Assembly (NCBI GenBank): GCA_951406725.2
Contig: OX597821.1
Location: 92,938,001 to 93,002,000, forward strand
Reading direction: 5' to 3'
From: Octopus vulgaris
Taxonomy: Eukaryota
Length of the DNA stretch: 64,000 nucleotides
Below are positions 41,544-56,281 of this stretch, piece by piece; positions within the stretch are counted from its first letter, which is position 1, and each line of letters begins with the position of its first letter. The position numbers and the translations under genes were made by a program. Under the pieces are notes generated by a model, which saw only the letters and a list, made by a program, of their open reading frames with translations, made no database searches and was not told where the DNA came from.

Positions 41544-41927
41544 TCTTTATATATAAAAGTCAAGTTGTGTGTCTGTCTCCTACGATTTAGATTCCTAACT
41601 ACTCCCACATTTTGCGGTGCAGTTTAACCAAAACCGGGTATCTTATAGTCGTGATTCATATCGAGCCCTTCTGGGTATTAGCGCGCGTCTACGATGAGTC
41701 TACGATTTAAAAAAAAATTTACCATCATTTTGTTTCCATTTTAATGCATTTTTTTGCTATTATATAAGGGAAGTAACTCTCTAAAAATGTCTACGATGAG
41801 TCAACGATTTTAAAAAAATTACCATAATTTTTTTCCATTTTTTGCTATTTTTTGGCTATAACTCTCTAAAAATGCTTATATAGATATTTCCCTTACAAAC
41901 CCGAGCAACGCCGGGCGATACTGCTAG
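41544..41927 (+). mobile_element. Non-autonomous Helitron (384 bp)
   Basis: A|TCTTTATATATAAAAG 5' end, subterminal hairpin CCCGAGCAACGCCGGG (41900-41915), CTAG|T 3' end, and an internal ~100-bp tandem duplication. Confidence 0.9.
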
Positions 41928-42900
41928 TATTTATATATATGGACCTGTTCTTAGTCATTATGCATGGTTTTAAGTGATTGCCCTGAATCTTTTGGCAAGG
42001 ACACATAGATTGGATCTCTTGATTTTACCAAGTGTATAAAGTAAGTAAATAAATCAATAAGTAAAACTTTTATACAAATCAGATTATATTTCATAGAAAT
42101 AAAGCTTAAAGGTAGATACACATGCCACAGGACAGAGTAATAATCTCTTGTAAGACTGTTTCTCTGTGTAACTTATCTCAAGACATGAAACAGTGAAATG
42201 CTTCAATAAAATTTCGTATCAGTGTCACTGAAAGAAGAGGAGAACAAGAGAGACAGACAGAGGAATAGAGCGAGTGAGTGAGTGAATGAGTGAGTGAGTG
42301 AGTGAGTGAGTGAGTGAGTGAGTGAGTGAGTGAGTGAGTGAGTGAGTGAGGAGGTGATAGAGAGAAGGCTTGATAGAGGGGGAGAGATAGAAATGGAAGA
42401 AATATATATATAATCAATAACTGAAGAAGCAGAAATTAGATTGAAGGATTTGATTTTACTTAATTCCAGGTTTCCATGTCTGCTCGTCATTAATTTACGA
42501 CAGGGAAAATTGCAAACATTTTCCCTGATTGAAATTCGAATTTCCTCTTTCTGTGTGACAAGTGTTATATTTTTACGACCTCAAGCATTTTACTTTTCAC
42601 AGAATGTCTCGTTGTGAGTAGAGTTGCCTGACTAAATGTTAGTACGTATGAATGCATTGAAATATATGTGTGTACGTACGTTTGTTTTCTCACACTCACA
42701 CATACATACATACATACATATATACGTGTATAAATGTGTGTGTGTATATATGTATGTGTACGTGTGCGTGTGAGTATCATATTTAATTTACCTTAGATTA
42801 AGAATTAATCAGAGTTTTCTACACAATACATAATTCCATTGGCTTATCAGAAAATTCCTGTTAGATTTTGTACATATAACATGATGTATGTATGTATGTA

Positions 42901-42944
<44 letters not shown>

Positions 42945-43018
42945 CATATATATATATAAATAAATATATATAAATATATAATATATATAAATATAAATAT
43001 ATAAATATATATATATAA

Positions 43019-43083
<65 letters not shown>

Positions 43084-43605
43084 TATGCACAGACACGCAT
43101 ACACACTAGGTTTTCATGAGTATGCAACTTTATAACTACAAGCATACTAGTGGTGTTCGTATGTGTGTACATGCGTTAAAACTGGTGTTTTAATTTTAGT
43201 TATACATAAAGCCATCATATGAAAAATGTACGTACTATGTATATGTGGAGGATAGAATTTATTTTACAAAAAATATTTGACAATTACATTGAAGCTATGC
43301 CACCTGCCGGTTTCTTTAGTGTCCTCTGGAAGTGTAAGTAAGCAGACAATTTGGGAAGCTTCGAAGTAACTATGAGTCGTGTATATATATATCTATGTAT
43401 ATATGTCCATGTATGTATGCATGTATGTATGTACGTACGTACTTATGTATGTATGTATGTATTATTTATGTATGCATTTATGTATATATACATACACACA
43501 TACGCACATGCACAGACAACTTATGTATGTTTATGTATGCACGTATATCTTTCTGTATGTATATGTATGTATGTATGTATATGTATGTATGTGTATGTAT
43601 GCACA

Positions 43606-43668
<63 letters not shown>

Positions 43669-43864
43669 ATGTATGTGTATGAATATTACTTACACCCAGT
43701 CCCAAAAGACACACTTGCTCACATATACAAACTGCCATTTTCCAAACTAGAATTTCCAGTTCAAGACATTCACAGACGAGGCTATGTGTTTACCCATTCC
43801 ACCGCCACAGCTCACCCAGACCCACCACCACCATCACCACTTCCACCACGCAACACATCATCAG

Positions 43865-43906
<42 letters not shown>

Positions 43907-43957
43907 ACAACATCACACTTCCACCACGCAACACATCATCACAACCCACCCACACCA

Positions 43958-44017
<60 letters not shown>

Positions 44018-44499
44018 TCGTTCTGCTACCAAATTCCCTCCCCCCCCCCACCGCTTCCCGACCTCCGCCTATTTTCACCGAAACCCCCCATCCCCATCCC
44101 CACCCCCGTTTTCATGCCGTCATGTAAACGGACATTCGTGTAGCATAGTTATTTCATTAATGAAAGACAGGAATGTCCATGGCGTGCAAAGCCAATGCCA
44201 GTCGCAGAACGTCTCACTTGCTCTGCTGCAATGTATTCCAGTAACCGGCTCCTGTGTTTGTAGAGGCACCGGTCAAGGAGCTTCCTCGCCGCCGCCGCCC
44301 TCCTCCTCCTCCTCCTCATCATCATCATCATCAGCTGGCAATGTGCAACGTTAAATTAGATTTTTTCCAGTAGAGTTATGGAACAATGTGTGGAGAGAGA
44401 GAGAGAGAGAGAAGTTAGACAGGTGGAGTGGAAGGAAATATGAAGGTACATCAGATTCTCTTTAAAACGTCACCTGTACTTTTGACCGGTCATTTTGAT

Positions 44500-44614
44500 A
44501 CTCTCATTGCTGCTACTGCTACTACTGCTGCTGCTGCTACTGCTACTGCTACTACTACTGCTGCTGCTGATCCTATTGTTATTGTCGTTGTTGTATTGTT
44601 TTTGTTGTGGTTGT

Positions 44615-44649
<35 letters not shown>

Positions 44650-44723
44650 TTTATAAAATTGTTTCTTGCTTAGTTGTGGTAGCTGGTAAAGTTGCTGTAG
44701 ATATTGTTGTTGTTGTTGTTGCT

Positions 44724-44754
<31 letters not shown>

Positions 44755-44901
44755 TTACTGCTGCTAGTGTTCTTGTGGTTGTTGCTGTTGATGTTGACAA
44801 CGATGGTGATGATGATGATAATGATGATGACGACAACGAGTGATGTTGTCGCTGGTAGTGGTGGTAGTTGTTGCTGTTGTTGTTTTTCGTTGTTGTTGTT
44901 G

Positions 44902-44933
<32 letters not shown>

Positions 44934-45006
44934 GGTGGTGGTGGTGGTGGTGGTGATGGTGGTGGCGGCGGCGGCAGCAGCGGCGGCGGCGGTGTTGATT
45001 GTGGTA

Positions 45007-45044
<38 letters not shown>

Positions 45045-45270
45045 AATAATGATTAACGACGATGACGATGACGGTGTTGTTGTTGTTGCCGTTGTTGGTT
45101 GTGGTGGCGGCGGTGATGATCCTGATATGAGAATGATGATGATTATGATGATGATGATGATGATGATTACGACGATGACGATGGTGTAGAAATTTCCCCC
45201 TGCGTTTGTTGCTGTCACTTGGCGATTGTTGCTATCTATTTGGTTTGTTGTTGTTGTTGCTGCTGTTGCA
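44500..45270. repeat. Compound trinucleotide repeat patchwork (GCT/GAT/GTT/GGT/GGC)
   Basis: Seen directly; the long ORFs here are homopolymeric amino-acid runs. Confidence 0.9.
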
Positions 45271-45477
45271 TGAATGTGAGGTGGAGAAAGTAACTACTTA
45301 AACATAACATATGTGTTTTGTGATGCCGTTCTCTTTGAATGTAGGGGAATATGCGCGCGCGCGCGTGTTTGTGTGTGTGTGTGTGTGTGTCTGTCTGTGC
45401 GTGTGAGTATGTGTTTGGTGTTCATCTTCTTACTGCAGTTCAGCGTCAACAAATTCGTCAGGACAATATCGCAAACT

Positions 45478-46078
45478 AAAATCCCTAAATTTTGCAATAC
45501 GATTCACTAGAATCAACGACCATATCATCAGAATCATTCTGAAAATGAACGAATTATTCTTGTCCCACGACGAATGTTATGCGGTAAAAAGAAAAACTGA
45601 AGGAAGTCTTGTGTTTCTTGTATGCATGGGGAGTTACAGCCTCCGCAGTGGATGGAAGCACTCCGTCGGTTACGACGATGAGGGTTCCGGTTGATCCGAA
45701 TCAACGGAACAGCCTGCTCGTGAAATTAACGTGTAAGTGGCTGAGCACTCCACAGACACGTGTACCCTTAACGTAGTTCTCGGGGATATTCAGCGTGACA
45801 CACAGAGTGACAAGGCCGGCCCTTTGAAATACAGGTACAACAGAAACAGGAAGTAAGAGTGAGAGAGAGTTGTGGTGAAAGAGTACAGCAGGGATCACCA
45901 CCATCCCCTGCCGGAGCCTCGTGGCGCTTTTAGGTGTTTTCGCTCAATAAACACTCACAACGCCCGGTCTGGGAATCGAAACCGCTATCCTATGACCGCG
46001 AGTCCGCTGCCCTAACCACTGGGCCATTGCGCCTCCACACAGCCTCCGCAGTACACCTTCCACAGTTCGATCCTTATG
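45478..46078. repeat. ~200-bp dispersed repeat split by a family E SINE
   Basis: 45478-45649 plus 46053-46078 aligns with the uninterrupted copy at 52712-52907. Confidence 0.8.
45650..46038 (-). mobile_element. Full-length tRNA-derived SINE family E
   Basis: Head GGAGGCGCAATGGCCCAGTGGTTAGGGC..GTTTCGATTCCC (A/B boxes), CpGs retained, 14-bp TSD ACAGCCTCCGCAGT (45636-45649 and 46039-46052). Confidence 0.93.
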
Positions 46079-46119
46079 AACTGAGTTGTCCTGATGAATT
46101 TGTCTGGGGTTCAATACAT

Positions 46120-47013
<894 letters not shown>

Positions 47014-47130
47014 CTTCACCACCTTCCCTTTAACTAGAAACAGCAGGGGGAGTTGGAGGGGATGAGAGTGATAATAGAACACAAAGAGATGTCACCGAAA
47101 GAAACCAAATGTTATGTAATGAACTTCGTT

Positions 47131-47211
47131 AGTTTACAGCTGTTTCTGCTATAAGATGTGGTGGAGTCTTAGTTGAATACCAGGTTAGCATCCTATAGCT
47201 TCATCAGAGCT
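47131..47211 (-). ncRNA. Candidate minimal type I hammerhead ribozyme
   Basis: AGCU-CUGAUGA-A-GCUAUAGGAUG..CAUCUUAUAGC-A-GAAA-C-AGCU-G-UA-AACU: 11-bp stem II with one GU pair, palindromic ACAGCUGU stem III, GUA site, one mismatch in stem I. Confidence 0.65.
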
Positions 47212-47321
47212 TTGAATATGGGGTGCACATTATTTGGGCAAGTTTCATTTTCAGAACATACAGGCGTTATGAGTGAGAAAGTTTAGGCTGATAAACATAA
47301 TGAAAGAGAGATAGAATGAGA

Positions 47322-47361
<40 letters not shown>

Positions 47362-47819
47362 CTCGAAACAATTCATGGAAAAGGAGAAATTTAAAGTGGA
47401 ACAGTTATCGTCAGCCGTAGAGACTAGAATCCGTGTGGTTTCGGCTCGTTTAAAGTCCAAAGACTTTAGATACACTTCCTCTTGTTGCACATTTCTGATA
47501 GTACATATCAATGAGATGACTGACATTAAAAATAGGAATCAGAATGCAGAGGACAACATATTTGTAAGCTGGAAAAATAGGAGCAAACACTACACTATTT
47601 TCTAAGAAATATCCTGATCATCATCATCCTCATAATCATCATGGGTCCACTTTTGCATGCTCGTAAGAGTCAGGTGGTGTTCGTTCACGTAGATGTTCTA
47701 CGGCCGGTGGCCTTTGCTATCCTCAAACCTCACCTGTTTCAAAGCAACGTAATATTTCCTCATATTTCGACATGTCTTAATGGTTTGTGGTAAAACATCG
47801 CACACAAGCATACATCAAT

Positions 47820-47870
<51 letters not shown>

Positions 47871-47907
47871 AACATACATATGTATGTATGTTTATATACA
47901 CATATGC

Positions 47908-47974
<67 letters not shown>

Positions 47975-49394
47975 CATACATACATACATACATACATACA
48001 TACATACATACATACATACATTCATTCATACATACATTACATACCTACATAGTCCGCGGTGTATACATATGTACCACTGATTTAACTCTGTTTCATCTAA
48101 ATCCACTCACAAGGCTTTGATCGACCCAAGGCGTTAGATAAAATGGTTTATGCCCTATATAATGGGTTTACCATCATCTGAAAGATAGTCATATAATTTT
48201 AAAACTCATAAATCAATATATCAATTGTAAAACTAAATTAACAATAGCCACCTTCCTTACTTGTGTTGGTCTCATCGCAATAATATCAAAGCAGTAAAAG
48301 CATATTTTCGCAGGTAAACAAAAGCAAATATTGCATTTCTATGCATGAAAATTAAATAGATGAATATGTAAAGCATTTTCAAACTATTCTTATGGCAGTC
48401 CATAAAATCTCGCTCTATTGATGACTAATCATATTTCAATGTGTATGTGAATATTTTAGCTTATAAATTGTCACGCTGCTTCTCTGATTCAATCTTTTGA
48501 ATAATCGGTAACATGACGGTTAAAAGTTCAAGTTAAAAAGCTTTCGCTGCAAATAAAAATTAATATTCTACTTATATATTGAATATATATTTCCCTTTTA
48601 TAAGCAAAAATATTCACCCATATATGTGGTGGTGGTGGTGGTGGTGGTAGTGGTGGTAGGGAAGATTGTGCGTGTGTGTAATATGTATATAAGTACATAC
48701 ATATATGTATATATACGTATATGTGTCTCTAAGCATGAATGTATATATACGCATGCATACACATGCACAAATATATATACGCACACACACATACACACAC
48801 ACGTATATATATATATTTTTACACACATATTATATATATATACATACATGTTATACATATGCTCACATATATAGATATACAGATATATATATATATATAC
48901 ACACATACATACATATATCTATATATCTATGTATATATATATATATATATATAATTGTGTGTAACTATACATAAACACATGCACACATGTAAGTCTTTAT
49001 GAATGGATGTCTGTCTGGATGTTTGTCTGTCTGTATGTGTGTATGTATGTATGTATGTATGTATGTATGTATGTATGTATGTATGTATGTATGCACGAGT
49101 GTGTATCTATATACACACCAAACTTATCTTTTTAAGTATTCATGTTCTTTCTCTGTTATCATCTTTTACATATTTTCATCTTTTCACATATCAAGCAAAC
49201 TGGCTTGTTTTCATTTCATGTTATAGGGTTTTGTTCAACTCTCTCACTCTCTCCTTCTCCCTCTCTTTCCCTCTTTTATGCAACACCCACTCCTTTCATC
49301 CCACCCTCACTCAGTACCTCTATTTCTCTCTATTTGTCTCTTTTTCCCTCTCTCACATTAATCTAGTTTTTCTTGCTTTATTCATTTATTTATT

Positions 49395-49436
<42 letters not shown>

Positions 49437-49741
49437 CACCACTCTCTCTTCCCCCATTTCTCTCCGAGATTCCAATGATGGCTGTTGGCGTTCAAGGTGA
49501 GGTTAATGCTTCCGGTAAGCTATTTGATGTTCACTTGATGATACCCCAGTCATTCACAGGTTCTCTTAAGTTGTTCCGCATGTATGAATGAAAATATGCG
49601 CGTTCACATATATATATATACATACACGCATATACATACATACATATATATAATATATATATATATTCATATATATATATTCATATATATATATTCATAT
49701 ATATATATATATGTGTATATATATGTGTATATATATGTATA

Positions 49742-49773
<32 letters not shown>

Positions 49774-49914
49774 GTTAATCCTAAAATGAACAAAGAGAGA
49801 ACACACTCACACACCATGAAAATATGTGCATAATACACATACACGCATACACACATACACACACATATATATATATGGATAAATATACATCCATACAAAT
49901 ATATATGGATAGAT

Positions 49915-49947
<33 letters not shown>

Positions 49948-50036
49948 TATATGGATGAATGTATGCATATATGGGTGGATGAGTGGTGGATGTCTCTAAG
50001 TGTGTATTTGCATGTGTATGTATAACTGTATATACG

Positions 50037-50070
<34 letters not shown>

Positions 50071-50485
50071 TACAAACACTTACACACAGTGATATATATA
50101 TATCACTGTGTGTATATGTGTTTGTATGCACGCGCGCGTGAACATATATCGTTTATCTTTTACTAATTTCAGTCATTTTATTGCGGCCATGCTTGGGCTC
50201 CGCCTTGAAGAATTTTAGGCGAACAAATCAACCCTAGTACTGATTCTGTAAAGCCCGGTTCTTATTTCATCGATTCGCTTTTGCTGAACTGCTAGGTTAC
50301 AGAGACATAAGCTAACCACCGATGGAAGGGGGCAAATACACACATTCACACATACTCCTTCAGTTTTTCCTCGACCAAATCTCAAAAGAACCCGGAGGTA
50401 TGTGACTGGCAAGCAAACTTCTTACCACACAGCCATATCTGTGTCTATGTAGAGTATGACCATCTCTTGCACCTACACCTTAGAA

Positions 50486-50701
50486 CAGGGGTGGGCAAAC
50501 TTTTTTGATCGCGGGCCGCACAGTGCGTCTTTGGAACATTGGCGGGCCTCATTTATAAAAATCAAGTGAAAATATTGTGAATTACCGTACAGTTACGAAG
50601 TATCTGCATAGAAGTTGGGATTCATAAAAGCTCTCGGCGGGCCGCATGAAAACCTATGGTGGGCCGCATGCGGCCCGCGGGCCGTAGTTTGCCCACCCCT
50701 G
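50486..50701. mobile_element. hAT (Charlie-like) MITE (216 bp)
   Basis: 16-bp TIRs CAGGGGTGGGCAAACT / AGTTTGCCCACCCCTG, 8-bp TSD CCTTAGAA, GCGGGCC subterminal repeats. Confidence 0.95.
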
Positions 50702-51211
50702 CCTTAGAACCATCATGACATCTGATTTGGCTTTTTAAACCAGACGACGTTTTGAAAAGTCACCCACAAAAGATTGCATATCCGATTTGGACCTCCAAGA
50801 GTTGCAGTTGAGTTCTGATCTTTGCGGATCTTAAAATGTCATTTAAGGCCTCTGTTAGATTTCCAGACCTTCTGGCATACATGCATACATGCATACATGC
50901 ATACATACATATATCGTTTTAGGTATACACCCCACACACGTAGACGCACACATATATATTATACACACTCATACACACATATATATACATGCATATGTGT
51001 GTATACAAACTTGCATGTGTGTGTATGTATATATGTATGTATGTACGTATGTATGTATGTATGTATGTATGTATTATGTATGTATGTATGTATGTATGTT
51101 TGTGCGTGTATACGTGTGTGTTACTGAATCATTTACAAGGTATATTGTATGCATGTAAATAGAAGTTTATGGTTTTTTCTTTCTCTGTGTGTGTATACAT
51201 TTAATTTTTAT

Positions 51212-51264
<53 letters not shown>

Positions 51265-51269
<5 letters not shown>

Positions 51270-51432
51270 TAATCCAAACATGAAAACACAAAGGGAAAAC
51301 ACAACAACGCGAGGACGTGGAACAAGTATAGTATTGTTGGACGCTCAGGAAAGAAGGAGGGTTTAACGTTTCGAGCGGAGCTCCTCGTCAGAAACATAGG
51401 AAAAGGAAAGATCCAAAGAAGGAAGACGGAGG

Positions 51433-51435
<3 letters not shown>
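51265..51435 (-). mobile_element. (TA)n-embedded repeat (H2, related to H1) with canonical-core hammerhead motif
   Basis: Minus strand 51361-51395: GUUU-CUGACGA-G-GAGC-UCC-GCUC-GAAA-CGUU-AAAC; (TA)n on both flanks. Confidence 0.75.
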
Positions 51436-51501
<66 letters not shown>

Positions 51502-51657
51502 CACACGTGCATCTATCAACCTATCTACGTAGATACATATAGACAGCAGTGTGCAATGTTTTACCAAAAAGGAAAACTATAGTTGTCACTAAATATTGCT
51601 AGGGTTTTAGAACACCTACATTACTAGAAATGTAGGTGTTCTAACACCCTAGTCATG

Positions 51658-51726
<69 letters not shown>

Positions 51727-52031
51727 GTAGGTAGGTAGGTAGGTAGGTAGGTAGGTAGGTAGGTAGGTAGGTAGGTAGGTAGGTAGGTAGGTAGGTAGGT
51801 AGGTAGGTAGGAGGGTAAGTAGGTTGAAATAAAAGATGAAAAACAAAACATTTGGCATCACTCGAAAAAGTATTTAATTTAGATACACAATATCAGTATA
51901 TAGAGACTCCTACAGCTGTTTCTAGAATAGTCAAAAATGTGGATCATAATACTGAGAAAGGATTCCGTATATGTGAGTATATATGTATGTATATACACAT
52001 ATATATACAAATATATATATATGTATGTGTG

Positions 52032-52111
<80 letters not shown>

Positions 52112-52114
<3 letters not shown>

Positions 52115-52218
52115 CGGGAAGCTTTATGAAAATAAACAAAAGACGAAGGCAGGTGGAGTACAAACAAACAATTGTATTAGTATGCCGCTCAGGAATATAA
52201 ATAAAACAAGTCTTTATG
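52112..52218 (-). mobile_element. Truncated family H1 copy within (TA)n
   Basis: Reverse complement of 32470-32578; breaks off at the hammerhead cleavage region. Confidence 0.75.
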
Positions 52219-52711
52219 TATATATATATATATATATATACATGCTTACGTACAAACACATACATACAATATGTAGGGTGGGGCGTATGTTTGTATATAT
52301 GTATATACATATATATTTTATTTAAACAAAATGCAAGATGACTTTTTTCAGAATATGTAAGTACTCCCTGAGCAACACGAAAACATACAAGAAAACTAGC
52401 ATTTCAATAAAAGTGACAAAACATTGGAACAAAGGAAGTAGGTACTCTCTTAAGGGTAGGAGATTGTGTGGACCATCGTGACAGGCACTCCTATATTACT
52501 TTTCGAGGAAATTGGACTGATTTGCTTTCCAACCTGAAATGAGTGACATAGGCATTGTAAACAAACGTATTCTCGATGCCATCAGCTCTGGCACCACAAA
52601 CCCACGGGCTGATTCAATGGGATCGCAATGCAACGGCCATCAATTCCTTCTGAGAAGAAACAGCATGAAGATTCATCCAGTTTTATAACGCTGATTTTTA
52701 TCCTTCCATGC

Positions 52712-52907
52712 TAAAACCCCTAAATTTTGCGATACGATTCCCTATAATCGATAACCTCGATATCAGAATCTTTCTGAAAATGAGTAAATTACTCCTGTCC
52801 CATAAGGAATTTCGTAAGGTAAAAAAAATGAAGGAAGTCCTTTGATTCTCGTATGCATGGGGAGTTAGAGCCCCCGCAGTACACACCCCACAGTTCGATC
52901 CTTATGA
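52712..52907. repeat. ~200-bp dispersed repeat (uninterrupted copy)
   Basis: Aligns with 45478-45649 plus 46053-46078. Confidence 0.8.
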
Positions 52908-53059
52908 CTGTATTGTGGTTTGGAGTTTGTATGTTTGTTTAGGTTACCAATCTGTCATTTCAACATGCACAATTGGCAAGTAAGAAAACAATGAATGGTC
53001 AACTATATACAAAAGATAAAGAAGAATACTGTAACCATCCCTAAAGAATCTATCCTGAG

Positions 53060-53310
53060 TTGGGCCGGATTAAGACCCATAGTGGCCCTAAGCACTTAAA
53101 CGGTTTTAGTGTCCCCATATATATGTAATTCGATATATAAGCAATAATAAACCATAAAATGAATTTCTATTTTTCAAAAGGAAACAAAACTGGATAGTAA
53201 TGTTTATTTTTGTATACTTCCAATTTATATTTGAAAAGTGTTCTATTTAATCGAAAAGTCTTTGATCAGATCCTAAAAATTAATCTTATGCAACACATCT
53301 GCTTCCTTCT
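53060..53310 (-). mobile_element. hAT transposon 3' remnant
   Basis: Minus strand EADVLHKINF*DLIKDFSIK resembles the extreme C-terminus of hAT transposases; GGGCCGGATTAAG TIR-like end near 53062. Confidence 0.55.
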
Positions 53311-54237
53311 ATAATTAGCAGATATAAGGCATCTCGAAACTTAGTTTAGCAAATTTAAAGTGATTTCTTTTGTGCCATAAGCCATTTATCATTTCTGTAG
53401 TGCTCACTTCCCTTGATATCCTATGCACTTGCTTATTTTGATTAATGGTAAAACTAGCGCTGGACCTGAGTATAAAGCTGTTACCATCTTAACCAAGTTT
53501 GACTTCCAGGATGTTATAATAGATCTCAAAACTGGTAAATAGTAATCCTTATAGATAACCTAACGAAAAATAGTTTACGTTTATAAGCACTCCAGCAATT
53601 TACTAGTTGTAAGTAGAAACCTAGTCACAGGCATCAGTAGAAGATTCTCCAGTTTAATAGTAGAGATCTTCGATACGACCGCATCTCATTAGGAAGAGGT
53701 TCCAGCGAGAAGTGGCTTTTCCGATAACCTAACTATATGGCAGATAACCCACTCTATCCCAAACACGGAATGATTTAGAGAGAGAAGGATAATCGGGTTA
53801 AATAACCCATTTGATCTAGCTACATCTATTTATATAACTTGAAGGTATCTGTCACTAACTACATAGCATTTTTCCAAACACGGATAAGTAACATACACAC
53901 TTTAATGTTAACATTAAAATTAGCTACTCTTGCTTAGATAATATCTCTTCCAAAACCGCACTCTTCAACAGAAACTAACACGTGCCAATACAAAATCGAT
54001 CTTTTCTTAAATGTTGTAATCTCCTATCTCTCCAACTGCCCACTGAGAGGAGCCTGCCTCTCAAAAGCTGTGATATAAAGAGCTATTTGCACACTATACT
54101 AAAAGCATCATGAGATTCTACATGGATATAAAAGATAATAATTGACGACAAATTTTATGCAACATATTCATTTCTTCCTGTGTTCTTGTGTGACTACGGA
54201 GACAGTATCCATCTGACAAATTCACTTACAATGTATC

Positions 54238-54470
54238 TATTTCTTTACTACCCACAAGGGGCTAAACACAGAGAGGACAAACAAGGACAGACAAACGGAT
54301 TAAGTCGATTACATCGGCCTCAGTGCGTAACTGGTACTTAATTTATCGACCCCGAAAGGATGAAAGGCAAGGTCGACCTCGGCGGAATTTGAACTCAGAA
54401 CGTAACGGCAGACGAAATACCGCTAAGCATTTCGCCCGGCGGGCTAACGTTTCAGCCAGCTCGCCGCCTT
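54238..54470 (-). mobile_element. tRNA-derived SINE family B
   Basis: 17-bp TSD TTCACTTACAATGTATC (54221-54237 and 54471-54487); appears inserted in an old family A relic. Confidence 0.92.
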
Positions 54471-54856
54471 TTCACTTACAATGTATCGGTCAACTCAGGG
54501 ACCAAAGTGTTACGATGCCACGTTGTGAAACTGAAACTAAAATTACACAGTTGCGAGGCGAACATCGAAACCATATAGCGTTGTCTATACCTATGCTGAC
54601 CTTTGAGGAGTGGGTAAGAGGTGTCCGGCCACATGCATATGTGTGTATATAATATTTTGTGTGTTTACAGTTTGATGTACGATTGCTACTGGTGAATTTA
54701 GAACTTCACATAGAGTATCCCCATGCAGTATACTTCCAGTTGATTGGACACACACACTCACACACAACACACAACATACAAACGCAACACACATTTCCAA
54801 AATCGTTTACATATGCTATATCGGTATGAGTATGACGGCCTGACAAGGTAGAACAA

Positions 54857-55089
54857 GGCGGCGAACTGGCAGAAACGTTAGCACGCTGGGCGAAATGCTT
54901 AGCGGTATTTCGTCTGCCGTAATGTTCTCAGTTCAAATTCCGCCGAGGTCGACTTTGCCTTTCATCCTTTTGGGGTCGATAAATTAAGTACCAGATACGC
55001 ACTGGGGTCGATGTGATCGACTTAATACCTTTGTTTGTCCTTGTTTGTTCCCTCTATGTTTAGCCCCTTATTGGTAATAAAGAAATAGG
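54857..55089 (+). mobile_element. tRNA-derived SINE family B
   Basis: Near-consensus copy; TAGAACAAG on both flanks. Confidence 0.9.
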
Positions 55090-55736
55090 ATAGAACAAGT
55101 TGCAGATCACGTCTTCCTCCAAGGTTTCATTATCCCATGATTTCTGTGGCTTGAGGCCTTTCCTAACACTCATCACTTGGCAGAGTATACTAGGTGCATC
55201 TTTTAGCAGCAGTTTCTCACTATAGTGGTTGCTTTGCTAACTGAAAGGCTAAATATCTATCTCAAGCCCCTATGTTGTCGTTGCTCAAATCGATTTGCAA
55301 TCAATTGGAACGTGCTGTGTAGTTTTTGCGACACTACTACGAATGAGGTTGTCTTGCAGCTTGCAATAGGAAAGAGAGTACTCCGTGATGGAAGGAACAG
55401 ATTTATTGTGAGATGATGGCAATGGAGAGATTAATAGGGGAATGGTGCTGCTTGAGAACTGTAATAGCTGAAGGAACAGAAGAGGGGAATCATTTGTAAT
55501 GGTAATGGAGTTGGGTCAGTTGGTGAATCCAGTGAAGAAATGGATCAGTCCCTCTGCCTTCTCGAGATGGATTGGGCAGTTTCTTAGGGTTCAAGATAGT
55601 TCTTATTGGAGTTATACAAGTTTATTGTTGAGAGAGGATAGAGACAGTGTTAGGAAGGGCAAATACGAGGGGAATGTATATGAATGTAAATATATATGTA
55701 TGTGTGTGTGTACACATATATGTGTATATATATACC

Positions 55737-55771
<35 letters not shown>

Positions 55772-55777
<6 letters not shown>

Positions 55778-56281
55778 GAAAGAATGGAGTCGAACGAAGA
55801 TGTTAACAAAATTCCTTTACTCTCGGCCTATTTACTTCCCTACCTATTATTCCTTTAACCCTTCTCTTCCTACTATCTATCTTTGACGTCAATTCTTCTA
55901 ACGGTTTTTTTTAAAAAACACTCATTATCGTTTTGTTTACCATGTAGGTAGTCATCGAAATTTTTGTTTGTCTTGTTGTCGAGAGAGGCTCCCTTCCTTT
56001 CCTGGTGAGAAGATTGCATAATGCACCCTTTATTCCTTTGGGATGAAAACATGTCGTCTTCGAAACATATGTCGAGAGTAAAGGAATTTTGTTAACACTT
56101 CGTTCGACTCCATTCTTTCATTTATTCATATACAACACACAAATTTCTGCACATGAACCCGGAGTTTCTACCCTTGGACAGGTCGCTTCAACCGTGTTTC
56201 TGACGTGAATTTGCTACCCAGGTTTCGGTTAAACGAATTTTCCATGCTGACGATAAACATAGGATAATTCATTCACCTATT

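Noticed and set aside
44670-45218. 161-aa and 182-aa ORFs on opposite strands
   Set aside because: Pure trinucleotide-repeat translations with no domain content.
49469-49516. Possible small exon after a pyrimidine tract
   Set aside because: Acceptor is a rare GAG, the tract is a (CT)n microsatellite, and the peptide is uninformative.
53420-54110. Possible L1/Tx1 reverse-transcriptase relic on minus (NLVKMVTALYSGP)
   Set aside because: Only short, frameshifted similarity; too decayed to call by eye.
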